NCBI GenBank assembly: GCA_951406725.2
Contig: OX597817.1
Location: 104,036,001-104,100,000 of the forward strand
Reading direction: 5' to 3'
Length of the DNA stretch: 64,000 nt
Origin: Octopus vulgaris
Lineage: Eukaryota
In this document: piece after piece, positions 29,375-41,899 of the stretch
Layout of the letters: each line of letters starts with the position of its first letter
Position numbering within the stretch: the stretch's first letter is position 1
Program-made: the position numbers and the translations under genes
The notes under the pieces: model-generated
The model's input: the letters and a program-made list of their open reading frames with translations, nothing else
Databases searched by the model: none
What the model was told of the DNA's origin: nothing

Positions 29375-30476
29375 TACTTACATACACCTATTGCATACAT
29401 GTTTTTTGTACGCCCTTGCCCCTGCCCCTGTCCCACCCACCCTACCCGAGAAATACCATCAATTGAGGCAAATTTGGCACCCGGACGTAAGTTTTGTAAG
29501 AGGAATAGAGAGACCTACCTTCTCCCACAGAGATGTGAGAGTCATGAACATTTTCGAAACATTGTTTACAAAATAATACCTGATCATTTGAGAAAAAGCG
29601 TGTCTACAGTCAACACTTAGGATTTTTGCTCTGGTAACTTCTGCTCTCTCCCATGTTCACGCGCGACCAGCTATATGTCGCAATGAGTAGAGCAACGGAT
29701 TCAACTAATTTGGAAATTAATTGTGGAGAAACGGAGAATATCGTTTATATTGTGTATACATATAAGGGCACCCCCCCACACACACACACACGTACGTACA
29801 TCTATTACATACATTTTTTTGTACGCATATATGTTCGTGTGTGTGTGTGAGAGAGAGACTGAAGCCATTCACACATACATACATACATAACAACCCCTCT
29901 CTGTCTCTTTTTGTCTGTCAATCACTAAAAGGACGAAATTTTAAAAAATCTGTTACCCCTCCTCTCTCTCTTCACACACGCTAACAAAACAACTTCTCAT
30001 ACACACTACACTTTCTGTGTTGTACACCCCATGTGTATGTTTTTTGGCGTGTTTGATGGGATATGCAACACAGAGTGTGTGATGTGTATGAGGAGTTGTT
30101 TTGTTAGTGTGTATGAAGAGAAAGAGAGAGAGAGATAACAGTAAAACGTCGCTAGAAGGGGACTTGACTCATGCTTGCAAATAATGGTGGATTTCTCCGA
30201 CTGGAAAATTGTTAGAAGTTATGGCTCAAAATTATTTTTGCCGCTGTTCGCTGGTGCCTCGAGAGAAAATAATTTGACGAAAATACAGCTAGGATCGTGA
30301 CGAATGTCCTCCTAAAATTTGAGCGACATGTGTGCTAATTTGTGGACGTGCATAAATTACATTCACGTACACACACACACACACACACACATACACACAC
30401 ACACACACACACATACATACACACACACACACACACAAGCACACACACAATCACACACACATCCTGCCTTATTAGA
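28538..30476 (-). mobile_element. Non-autonomous Helitron
   Basis: Minus strand 5'-TCTAATAAGGC..., with 3' hairpin CCCGAGCAAAGCCGGG followed by CTAG. Inserted at A^T with no TSD; ends homologous to the Helitrons at 44508-46925. Confidence 0.8.
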
Positions 30477-31232
30477 TTGCGCTCATCAGAGGTAGCCGTT
30501 ATGGAATGAAATATGGCGACTGTTCTTTCTTGTTGGAGTTGAATAGACATATCCGTTTGTTGTTGCTATAAAAAAGATGAAACAAATCGAGCAGGGGATT
30601 AAGTTAAGAGTTATATCCCTTGATATCAAAAACAGCATCTCTAGTTGTGGTTTTGTTGCAAGTTGGTGAGAGTTTTCTAAAAAAAAAAATGGGAAATGTA
30701 TGTGTCTTTGTCGGTGTTTTTGTACAAATGGAATGTGTGTAGTGGTACTATATGTAGTGCTTTGTGGGTGTGGAGGTTGAATACATATCTGTGTTCGTTA
30801 GTGTGTTTTGTTTCTTTTATGCATTGGTTAAATACTTGGGCATCTATGTATGCATGCGGTGTGCATAGGGGTACAATATGTGTGGGGTCTTATATTGGGG
30901 GTGATGGAAAAACGTGTATTGGGTGGGTGTCCGTCGTGTTGGAGCGTGTGTGGTTGTGGATGTGTTAGAGTATATTCTGGTCAAAATTTTTGCCGGACAC
31001 TCAGGTATTGGCGGAGGGCCGAAGTTGGGGGACTGGAGATTATAGTCATGATGGGGCACGCAGGTATGATAGGATGTACTTCCTTTCACGTGGGCTTGAC
31101 ACCAATACCGGTTGTCAAGCGGTAGTGGTGGATAAGCACAGACACAGTGACACGCATATAGACACACACACAGACGCGCATACACACACACACACACGCG
31201 CGCACACACACATACACACATACACACACATA

Positions 31233-31263
<31 letters not shown>

Positions 31264-31362
31264 GCACATGCACACACACACTTGCCCAAGGCGCCACGCA
31301 GTGGGACTGAACCCGAAAACATGGTTTGGAAGCAAGCTTTTTACCACACATCCACTCCTGTA

Positions 31363-31425
<63 letters not shown>

Positions 31426-31476
31426 ACCTCGTGTATACCGTTGGCGATTTTTTTTTCCTGTCTTCCCTTCTCCTAT

Positions 31477-31511
31477 GTTTATGATGAAGAGCTCCGCTCG
31501 AAACGTTAAAC
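31477..31511 (+). ncRNA. Minimal type I hammerhead, C3 mutated to A
   Basis: GTTT-ATGATGA-A-GAGC TCC GCTC-GAAA-CGTT-AAAC; palindromic AACGTT stem III. Confidence 0.65.
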
Positions 31512-32013
31512 CATCCTTCTTTCCTGAGCGTCCAATAATACTATATTTGTTCCATGTCCTCGCGTTGTTGTGTTTTTTTTTTTGTGCTTTCTTGTTTGGA
31601 TTAACTTTATATATATATATATATGTATATATAAAGTGAAATTGTAAGGTACCGCGCGAGTGGAAATATATATGAAAGAAGTTTTGAAAATGCAATTTTA
31701 AAGATGTTTATTCACTTGACCGGTTTCACTTTTTTAGAAAAATATTGTCAAAAGTAAAATGTAAAGCTTTGTAAAAGCTTTGTTGTGTTAAGTACTGTTT
31801 GTCACAAAATATTACAATACATATATACATTCTTTGATAATAATAAGAAAATGTTAAAAGCAGTTTACAAGGAAATACTTGAGAAAATATTAAACAAAAA
31901 TTTCAAAAAAATATCTTAGGATTTCATTAAAAATCATGTTTGTTTGGAAGTATCTACATAAGCGTGTGGTTGGGAAGCAAGTCTTTTACCACAAAGTTAC
32001 GCCTCTGCCTATG

Positions 32014-32177
<164 letters not shown>

Positions 32178-32344
32178 AATGATAGAAATATGTTTAAAAA
32201 AGAAAACAGAAACTACACGTGAAAGAGATATAGGGAAAGTAAGGAGAAAAAAAATAGAAAATGCACATTGGATATGAAAGAAAAATAATAAATAAAGGCT
32301 TTTTTTATGAAAGTAACGATAAATATATACAATTAGATGAACTG

Positions 32345-32520
32345 AGGTAGAATTAAGAGGAATAGTTGCTTGTTGTTGTGTTCTATGGTGAATTGTGTGT
32401 TGCTATTGATATTGTTGAGCATTATTTCGAAATCGATGAGTTTGTCCATGCTATCTTTCCAAAGGATAAAGCAATCGTCTAAATACCTCTTCCAGTTCTC
32501 CTTTAAATAGCAATGAAATG
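32345..32520 (-). mobile_element. Penelope-like RT fragment
   Basis: WKRYLDDCFILW..LNNINSNTQFTIE in ORF 32333..32677. Confidence 0.75.
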
Positions 32521-32532
32521 GAGTGCTCAGTT

Positions 32533-32582
<50 letters not shown>

Positions 32583-32583
32583 T

Positions 32584-32645
<62 letters not shown>

Positions 32646-32724
32646 ATAATACAGTGATTGTTTCTTGTCAGGAACAAAAAGATTAATAGGACTGCTATAG
32701 AAGTGCTCTATTGAAAGAGACAAA

Positions 32725-33024
32725 TATATCAAACTAAAGTTATTGAACAAACAAATGCAAGGTCATCCGCATAGCATTTCATAATTCGAACATTTAATCA
32801 TAGAATATACATATAAACATCCCGCAAGATGGAACATAATTCATCTGCACAAGCATATAAGCATATAATAATAATAAGGTGCGAGGAAAAGATTTTTTTT
32901 CATCACAGTTTAGAGTTAATACTTTAGCGATTCAGAAAAATACATTAAAAAAAAAAACACATTACAACACCTAGAGTGTAAAAATATAATATAAAGTAAT
33001 ATATAAAAATATATAGGTATATAT

Positions 33025-33088
<64 letters not shown>

Positions 33089-33795
33089 TATAAATATATA
33101 TAATATATATCATGTAAATAAAATAAAAGTTCATCGTTTAGAAATCTTATAAAATTATTATTCAAGTAAGAGAAGCCTTTACTGCTTTAATTCTTTCTTT
33201 TGGGGCTTATCCGAGCATGAATGCTTCAATAGGAAAGCACACTGGTACGCGATGATGTCTGTCTTTATGTATTTTTTCCCCTGACGAAGGAGGTATTATC
33301 TTGATGCACCCTAGTGCTTTAAACATAATAATACACCCCTGAAATGGCCATAGGGATAAGTAAATATGGTTTCCTTTTTAACTATAAGGCTTCTCCTACT
33401 TGAATAATAATTTTATAAGATTTCTAAACGATGAACTTTTATTTTATTTACATGATATATATTATATATTTTTTATATGCTCCTATATATATATATATAT
33501 TATATATTCTTATATACCTATATATTTTTATATATTACTTTATATTATATTTTTACTCTCTAGGTGTTGTAATGTGTTTTTTTTTTTTGAATGTATTTTT
33601 CTGAATCGCTAAAGTATTAACTGTAAACTGTGATGAAAAAATTTTTTTTCTCGCACCTTATTATTATTATATGCTTGTACAGATGAATTATGTTCCATCT
33701 TGCGGGATGTTTATATGTATATTCTATGATTAAATGTTCGAATTATGAAATACTATGCGGATGGCCTTGCATTTGTTTGTTCAATAACTTTAGTT

Positions 33796-33801
<6 letters not shown>
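32725..33801. repeat. ~450-bp inverted repeat (32725-33179 / 33386-33801) around a hammerhead-containing spacer
   Basis: The arms are reverse complements; the ORF track shows near-identical peptides on opposite strands at 32971-33165 and 33400-33612. Confidence 0.9.
33277..33356 (+). ncRNA. Type I hammerhead ribozyme with intact core
   Basis: Stem I TCCC/GGGA; CTGACGA; extended stem II AGGAGGTATTAT/ATAATACACCCCT; GAAA; palindromic stem III ATGGCCAT; predicted cleavage after AUA. Confidence 0.75.
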
Positions 33802-33861
<60 letters not shown>

Positions 33862-33869
<8 letters not shown>

Positions 33870-35428
33870 ATATTTCGGAATGGTCATATTGCCAGTTTAG
33901 CCACACATTTAAATTTAATAATAAAATATATGCCCAGGACGAGGGGGCAGCCATCGGTGTTAGTATCGCTGGTGATGTGGCCAACCTTTTCATGGTATGG
34001 TGGGACAGAAGGCTTAAAGAACGCCTACTGCAGAAATCCATACTCGTAAACATGTACTCTCGCTATGTTGATGATATCAACATAGTAGTAAAGGCACACC
34101 CACAAGAGAGTAATGTTGATATAGTAATAGAAACTAATACTATGGAGAGCATCCAGCAAATAGCTAACTCCATCCACCAGAGTATTAAGGTCACAATAGA
34201 CTACCCCACTAAACACCCCAACCATAGACTACCAGTACTAGACACTGAACTCTGGCTAGAAATTGTGAAAAATAAAACCCAAATCCTTCATTCATACTAT
34301 GCAAAACCTATGGCCTCAAAATACCTGATCCACCGGAACTCAGCCATTGCGGGCAATGCCAAATTCAATATTTTGATGGCAGACCTCGTCAGAATAATGA
34401 GAAATGTGTCACGCATGTGCGAGCCTACAGAATTAAAGAGACACATACAGTATTTCATTCACCGCATGCAGTTCTCAGGTTACAGCCATAAAGAAAGGAT
34501 CAGAGTATACAAAGGAGCTATGAAGAAATTTGATAATATATTATGTAATGATAGGAATGGGATTTGCCCACTCTATAGGAACAAGTCATGGAACACTATT
34601 GAAAGGACAAAAAAGAAAATAGGGAAGGCCAACTCTTGGTATGATAGCCATAAATACCAGAGTGTCATGTTCGTTGACACCACCCCTGGAGGTGAACTGG
34701 CGTACCGCTTTAGAAGGACCCTAGATAAACTTAAACTAAGAATTAAGGTTGTTGAAAAGCCAGGCAACCCTATCAAATCTATAATTGGTAGAACCTATCC
34801 TTTTAGTAGAACCCTCTGTACGGATAACTATTGCACTGTATGTAGATTTAGCCCACAAACAAACTGTAAAGCCAGAAATGTAGTCTATAGTATAAGATGT
34901 ATAGAGGGACGATGCAGTAACAAGACAATAACATACGTAGGGGAAACGGCAAGAAGCATAGGAGAGCGGATGAATGAACATTGGAGACAACTCAAGGAAG
35001 GTAAGAGCTCGTCGATTCTGTACCAACACGCCGAACAGGAACACGGGGGATCAATCAATAACATAGAGATTAAGATATTGTCCACACATAGAACAGATGC
35101 AACAATTAGACAAATTACAGAAGCTACACATATAATAGAAAATAAACCTAGCCTGAATAGAAAACTAGAATGGAGCAATAGCACACACCACAACATATGA
35201 CGATAGAGGATCCCGAAAACATATTAAATAAATACACAGATAAATAAACAAATAGAAATGAATAACTATATATATGTATATATATCTATGTATGTATATG
35301 TATGTATATATATATATATGAATAACTATATATATATGTATATATATCTATGTATGTATATGTATGTATATATATATATATGAATAACTATATATATGTA
35401 TATATATCTATGTATGTATATGTATGTG

Positions 35429-35459
<31 letters not shown>

Positions 35460-35940
35460 CCGATTAGATTTATTATTATTATTACTAATATTGTTGTTAT
35501 ACATACATACAAGCATATGTAATGATAATAATGGGTGGATGTAAACACATGAACAAAATTAGAACAAAAGCAACTACAACAAAAACAAAATACAAATTAC
35601 ATGAATGTATATAAACAGAAGATACAAATATTACAGGCATCCCCACACACATACACTAAATAAACATAGACGCACATAGAGATATAAGCATGCGCAAATG
35701 AAGACATGCAATAGAAATACAAAATGGCTGACGGTTAGTAAGGAGAGACACAAATACGAAAGAAGAAAACAAAGGACCACTGATGCGGTCACAGGAGTGT
35801 GACGAAAGAACTCTGGCCGAAATAAGATTAAAATTGATGTAAAAAATAAATATCACTGAAGCAAAATAACACCAAATATATAGTGCGTGTGTTTTTATTG
35901 GCTAAACTGGCAATATGACCATTCCGAAATATAACAATAT
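33862..35940 (+). mobile_element. Penelope-like retroelement bounded by a 42-bp perfect inverted repeat
   Basis: 33862-33903 is the reverse complement of 35899-35940; (TA)n tracts flank both sides. Confidence 0.85.
33904..35200 (+). CDS. Penelope-like element ORF, 5'-truncated: RT (YVDD), thumb and GIY-YIG endonuclease
   Basis: Open frame from ..KIYAQDEGAAIG..VANLFMVWWD..RYVDD..LPVLD; Cys-rich linker; VVYSIRC..YVGETARSIGERMNEH..EA..I..KPSLN; no internal stops. Confidence 0.92.
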
Positions 35941-35993
35941 CTGTTTCAACACACGACTTCACATAAAAAATCTTGCACAACAAATATTTAAAC

Positions 35994-36067
<74 letters not shown>

Positions 36068-36399
36068 CACAAATTTACACTTGGTATTTGTTCTTTGATT
36101 ACTTTATTGTAATTAGACTAATTATGTTGCTCTGATTAGGTTATCTCAGAATTTCTCCGAATACATTATACATTTATTTCAATATGTAATTTACGTTTAT
36201 TTTAAGTTTTACTGGGCTCTCTGCAATCGTTTGCTCGAAAGAAATAACTTCGTTATATTTGCAAAATTTCTATAATTGTTATCACAGTTCAACCGTATTT
36301 TCTCTTCTTGATGTTTCCTTACATCGCTGGTATATCGTAGTATCAATATCCTCATACTAGACCCTTTATAATTCCACTGATGAATACATAAAATGCTTA

Positions 36400-37202
36400 G
36401 GATCTTTACCTTTTGACCTACAGATGAAAAAAAAATTATAACTAAACACTTTCAAACTTCGGACAGTGGTAGAATGTGTCATATAAAACATCTTTTACAC
36501 TTAGCATTTTTGAGAAAAATTTATATTTACGAAGTTACTTCACGCTAAAGTTCTCGTATTTCGGTAATTTCAATTAATCAATGATGTGTATTGGACTGAA
36601 TAAAATTACTGCCGTTGTTTGTCAACAACTATCGGTGGTGTATTTTTCGTTTGCCACTGTTATTTATGACATCGTTCGTGCATTTGTACTGGTTTTAAGG
36701 TCTTAGGGTTAGGGTTAGAGTTTTAAGGTTAGGGTTTAGGGTTACGGTTAGGGTTTTAGGCTTAGTGTTAGGGTTAGGGTGTTAGGGTTAGGGTTTTAGG
36801 GTTAAGGTTTTACGGTTAGGGTTAGGGTTTTAGAGTTAGGGTAAGGGTTTTAGGGTTACGGTTAGGGTTTTAGGGTTAGGGTTAAGGCTTTATGGCTAGA
36901 GTTAGGGTTTTAGGGTTAGGGTTGTCGTAAATAACAGTGACAAACGAAATATACACCGCCGGAAGTTCTTGTTGACAAACAACAGCAGTAATTTTATTCA
37001 GCTGAATGCACGTCATTGATTGGTTGAAATTACCGAAATAGGACAACTTTAACGTGAAATAACATCGTAAATATAAGTTTTTCTCAAAAATGCTACGAGT
37101 AAAAGATGTTTTATATGACATATTCTACCGGTGTCCGAAGTTTGAAAGTGTTTAGTTACAAAAAATTACGTTTTAAATCTGTCAGTCAAAAAGTAAAGAT
37201 CC
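36400..37202. mobile_element. Long-TIR MITE with 8-bp TSD and internal telomere-like array
   Basis: GGATCTTTAC../..GTAAAGATCC termini, ~270-bp TIRs, TSD AATGCTTA on both sides. Confidence 0.88.
36690..36923 (+). repeat. Degenerate interstitial telomeric-type repeat (TTAGGG/TTTTAGGG/TTACGG)
   Basis: About 35 degenerate units read directly from the sequence. Confidence 0.9.
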
Positions 37203-39042
37203 AATGCTTATGTATTTCTATGAACGCCTAACTACTAAAAGCACGATTGTGTCCAGAGGAGGTATGAAATGTACTGTTAATGACTTGTATTTATGTACTA
37301 GCTTCCCGGAATGTGTTTAATTGGTATATCCAATGACGACGTTACACCGTTATATGCAGTGGCTATTTAACGAATGAGTTCGTGGATGATTATTGGGTGC
37401 TGTTGAAAGAACGGGTGCTGTTGAAAGAACAACAAACTCGTTAAATATGGCATATACACCCAGTACCCATATTTTCATCTTCGATCTCATTGTTTAAATC
37501 TGACGTCTCGCATACAAAATCTGTAGAGGTGACTTTAACACGTAAAATGTAATATATAGCTTGACTTCATTTCCAACTGTCAGTTCGTTCCAACGGTATT
37601 TTTAAGATGTCATTGCATCATTGTTCAAAACACGAACTTTTTTCACTTTCATTTTGTCCTTTGCTACTGGGAGCAACATAATCTGTATATATGTAAATAT
37701 CCACATGAGACTCAAGGTTTTGGAGGCTGAACATTTTATGTATAACAAAAAAGAGGAAACTTTGAGGTCTCAAGGCCTAGAGTCTTTATAAAGTCTTATA
37801 AACGCCCGTACATATAAGATGTGTTATTTTGGGAATATTTAGATGCTTTACTGTTCATATGTTTTAATTATTTTTATCTCATGATATCAAGCACTATCGT
37901 GATATTAACGTTTATATAAAAATGAGATACAACATTTAACATGTTCAAGATTTAATGCTTAACTTCTTATTTACAATGTAAAACACCTCTGTTTATTCTC
38001 GAAGAAATGTGAACACGCATATACTCTATTCGTTTTTAGTCGTCCTGTTGTTCTGTAACATTTCGGTTACACTTCGTTCCCCATCCCCAAAGAAATCATT
38101 GCACAGATTAGCTGACTTAAAAATGCACCAGTAAGTTGATGCGTGGCTGAACTTTGCAATGGTAGGTTAATTTAACATTAAGTACAGCAATTGAGATGCG
38201 ATAGAAAGATAGCACAATTGGTCTTTACATTTTATGTTTACATCCATCGTTAGTCGATAAAAATGTAATCGTAGTTCTTCATCAGTTTATAAACTGTAAA
38301 TCTATTCCAACATCATATCACAGAAAAACAAATTAAAAAAAAAAAAACAGAATTCAATATGTGAAATTTAAACTGAAAGTAATTGAGTTTCCCAAATAAA
38401 TTTCAGACTGTGCAATACCGTACCGTACTATGGAATATATCTATAGATTTTAGCCTGCACTGTATGTAACAGACACGCAAAACTTTGTCTATCTTTTATC
38501 CTTTACTTATTTCAATCAGTTACAATAAGCCCGTTACTTATTTTACTGGTCTCTTTTATCGAACCGCTAAGTAAACAGACCAATACCGGTTGTGAAATGA
38601 TGGTGGGGACAATCACAAGCACACAGACACACACACATACATGTGTGTGTTACGGGAACAGTAGGTTTTCGGTGGTGTGTATCGTAAGCCACAAACTTAT
38701 TCAGCTAAGCTCTGAGCATTCGCCTGTAGATTGAGAAAGGTGGATAGAGAGAGGGTATTTGTTTTAATGCTCAGAGCAGGCTACCACGAACAATCCTCGA
38801 AAATTTCCCTTCTGGGGATTTTTTTTCTTGCTTGAATTATTTTGTTTCTTTGTAATTTGTGAGTCACTGTTAACACACCTTCATACAACCACACGTCATA
38901 TATTGTATCGTCTGCCATCTCGTTTTGTAAGCCTTTATGGTTGACAAAGAAAGCATTATTATTGTTGTTGCTCTTGTCGATGTTGCTGTTGTTGTTGTTA
39001 TTAAGCAAGTTTTCCTTTTCTTTTCTTTCTTTTTCCGACAAC

Positions 39043-41890
39043 ATGGTTATGTACAGAATAGACAGCGTGAATGTAAGTGGCTTGAGGTCGCCTTGGAAAC
39101 GGAGTCATCTGCTCAACGATCTCAAAGAATTGAATGTCGACCTGGTGGCCATTAGTGAAACCAGAATTTCCGACTAACGGGATTTCCGATCTATTTTCGG
39201 TGACCATGAGGTGTACGCATCTCCAAATCGTCCGGGAGCGGGAAGTGGAGTCGCCCTGATGGTTCGGAAAAATCTGGATCTTACAATACGGACGATCTTC
39301 CTGGATCCGGAGTGTATGTCGGTGGTCCTGGACGTGACAGGTAGCGAAGGACATACTTTCAGACTAGCTGCCGTCTATACCCTGATAGGAGCAGGACGAC
39401 TGGGTTTCTTCAGAAGTCTGGAAACTTTCATGGGAACGTCTCGCTCTTTAGTGTTGATGGGGGATTGGAACGGAGTTTTAGATGTAAGGTAGGACTGTGT
39501 AGGTTTAGCGGATAGGAGAGGAGGGTGCTAAAGCCTCGCAAACCTGCGCAGGCGATTCCAACTGTCTGACAGGTATCGACTGGATTTCCCGGATGTGCCA
39601 GCGTGAACCTGATCAAACAGCATCGGGACATCCAGATTGTATCTAGATAGGATATTTTGTAGAGTAACAGATAAGGATAGCTTGGGTTGTCCACAGTTTA
39701 AAATAGTCGACTACACAGACCACAAATTCGTGATCTGTACTGTCGACTTAGATAGGCTTCATAGATAGGGACCCGGTTACTGGAAGCCGAACACGTCGTT
39801 GCTGGCGCGTAAAGATTTCAGGGACCGGAATAGTGAACTAATTAAGTGGACGCTGACGGGGCAATAATCAACAATAAATGGTGATTAGCCTTGAAATGGG
39901 TGATAAGAATAGAACCGAAAAGGTTTAGAAATGGAGTAACAGTAGAAAGAAACAGAGAAGAGACAGATATAATCAAGAAGTTAGACGAGGCTTTTAGAAA
40001 AGGCATCGCGACCGTCGTGCTCGCCGTGAGATTGGTACTCGACCAAATTTTCAACGCGAAACACGAAGGTTACATTGTCAGATCTAAGGCACAAGCACTT
40101 AGAGACAAAGGGGTAAAAGTCGTTCAATGGGCCCGAGTGATAGAGTCAAGGCGTGGAAATAAATCCACGATCCGATCCTTACCTGACCACGAAGGGCAAA
40201 TGATAACTGATCCGAGATAGATGTGTGTGGCCTTTCAATGGTACTTCGCTCAACTGTTTGGGAACAACGGTTAGCCGGGTCGCAAGGAGAATTTCACGTC
40301 TTACCTCGACGGTTGGTGCGGCTCTTGGCGACGGAGGTGGAGTGTTGCGAACGGCCGATGACAGCCTTTGCAATAGGAGAAGCAATGGCTTGCGGAACGA
40401 GGGGTAAATCGTCTGGTTTGGATGGTCTGTCCTTCAAGCTTTACGCTTACATGCCTGACTTGTTCGGCGACCTCTTAGCAAGCGTTTACTGCAACTGGCA
40501 ACAAAAAGGAAAAATTCCCAGTTTTGTGAACCGAGGAGTAGTGGCATTGCTGAGAAAAGACCTGAATAAGGGGGATCGTATTGATAACTTTAGACCCATA
40601 GCTCTGCTGAATGCAGAGTTTAAAATTTTGGTCAAGGTGTTAGCCACGATGTTGGCGATTTATATCGAGGATCTGGTAAAGGAGGCACAGACATGTGCCA
40701 TCCCAAAAAGATTCATCGCCGACAACCTCCACCTCATGCGATACATTATTGAAGAAGTGGCTAAAGAACCTGGCGCAGGTGGGGCCCTGATCAATTTAGA
40801 TCAGTCTAAAGCTTTCTGTAGGGTCGACCATCTACACCTGGTGGCAGTCCTCAAGGCAGTTGGTTTCGGGCCTGTATTCAGGGGCTGGATCGCTGCAATG
40901 CACAAGTGACATCTGTTCGGTGGTCAGAGTGAATGGTCACCTCTCAGAGCCGTTCAGCATTATGCCCTCGGTCTGGAAAGGTTATCCCCTCTCGTCTCTC
41001 TTGTACGTACTGACTCTCGAGCCACTACTACACAAACCGGGGTCGTTGAGAGGCATTACGCATGACCTAAGATGTGGGAGATGCATGTCGGCATATGCCG
41101 ACGACGTCACCATAGCGGTGTCGGATCATAAACACATAGAAATGATCGGCACCACTCTCAGGAACTACGAACTAATTAACTAGGAAAAATCAGTGGACTT
41201 GCAACTGGGCACCTGGAAAAGTAAGTCTATGCCGTCCAATCACGTTGCTGGGTGCTGGACAGACGGACCAGTTAAATTACTCGAGGTCTGGTTCGTTACG
41301 GATCTCCAGATGGACAAAAATTGGGTAACGAGGTAACGAGAAAGGTGACTAGTCTCATCCGGAAATGGGCTGAGAGAAAGCTCTCCCTGAAAGCTCTCCC
41401 TGAAAGCTCTCCTGAAAGCAGAGGTGGCTAATGCATGTATCGCGTCCGTCATCTACTGTTACCTGACCGGTGTGCCTTGTCCTGGCCACAGTCTGATTAC
41501 GCTGGAGCGTATACTCTTCCGATTCTTGTGGAAGGGTCGCGTCCCGATCATCAAGCGTTCTATCTGCTGTCAGCATCTGCTGCGCGGTGGCCTTGGCATA
41601 CTGTGGTTGATGATGCGCAAACATGCGCTGAGGCTACGACATCCCCAGTGCTTCCTTGACGGTGAACAGGTGTGGTCACCGTTCGCCAGACACTATTTCC
41701 ACAGCTAGTTTCTTTAACGGAGCTGTAGTCCTGCGTAAAACAGAGACTGGCCTGGTAGTACTACCGGGGAGCTTTGCCTGTTCGAGATAAACCCTACAGG
41801 CACGGAAGTGCCGTCAGCCGAGCATGTCCGAGATGCGTGTAGGACGACGAGACGGTCCTGCATGCACTAGTCCAGCATCCAGAGTATTCT
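39043..41890 (+). mobile_element. Decayed Tx1/L1-clade LINE ORF2 (AP endonuclease, RT and CCHC remnant)
   Basis: SVNVSGL..SETR, MGDWN, TDH, GKSSGLDGL, NFRPIALLNAEFKIL, LDQSKAF, AYADDV and CPRC..ETVLHAL motifs, interrupted by stops and frameshifts. Confidence 0.9.
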
Positions 41891-41899
41891 ACTACACAA

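Noticed and set aside
31710-31935. Minus-strand GAAACCGGTC (HHR-like palindromic stem III)
   Set aside because: No intact upstream CTGANGA or stem II could be paired with it; at most a relic.
36690-36923. Possible true chromosome end or fusion site
   Set aside because: The array is short, degenerate, in a single orientation and enclosed by TIRs with a TSD.
36374-37230. CTGATGA plus a hairpin (ATACATAA/TTATGTAT) interrupted by the telomeric MITE, as a possible split hammerhead
   Set aside because: After excising the MITE there is no GAAA adjacent to stem II and no stem I or III.
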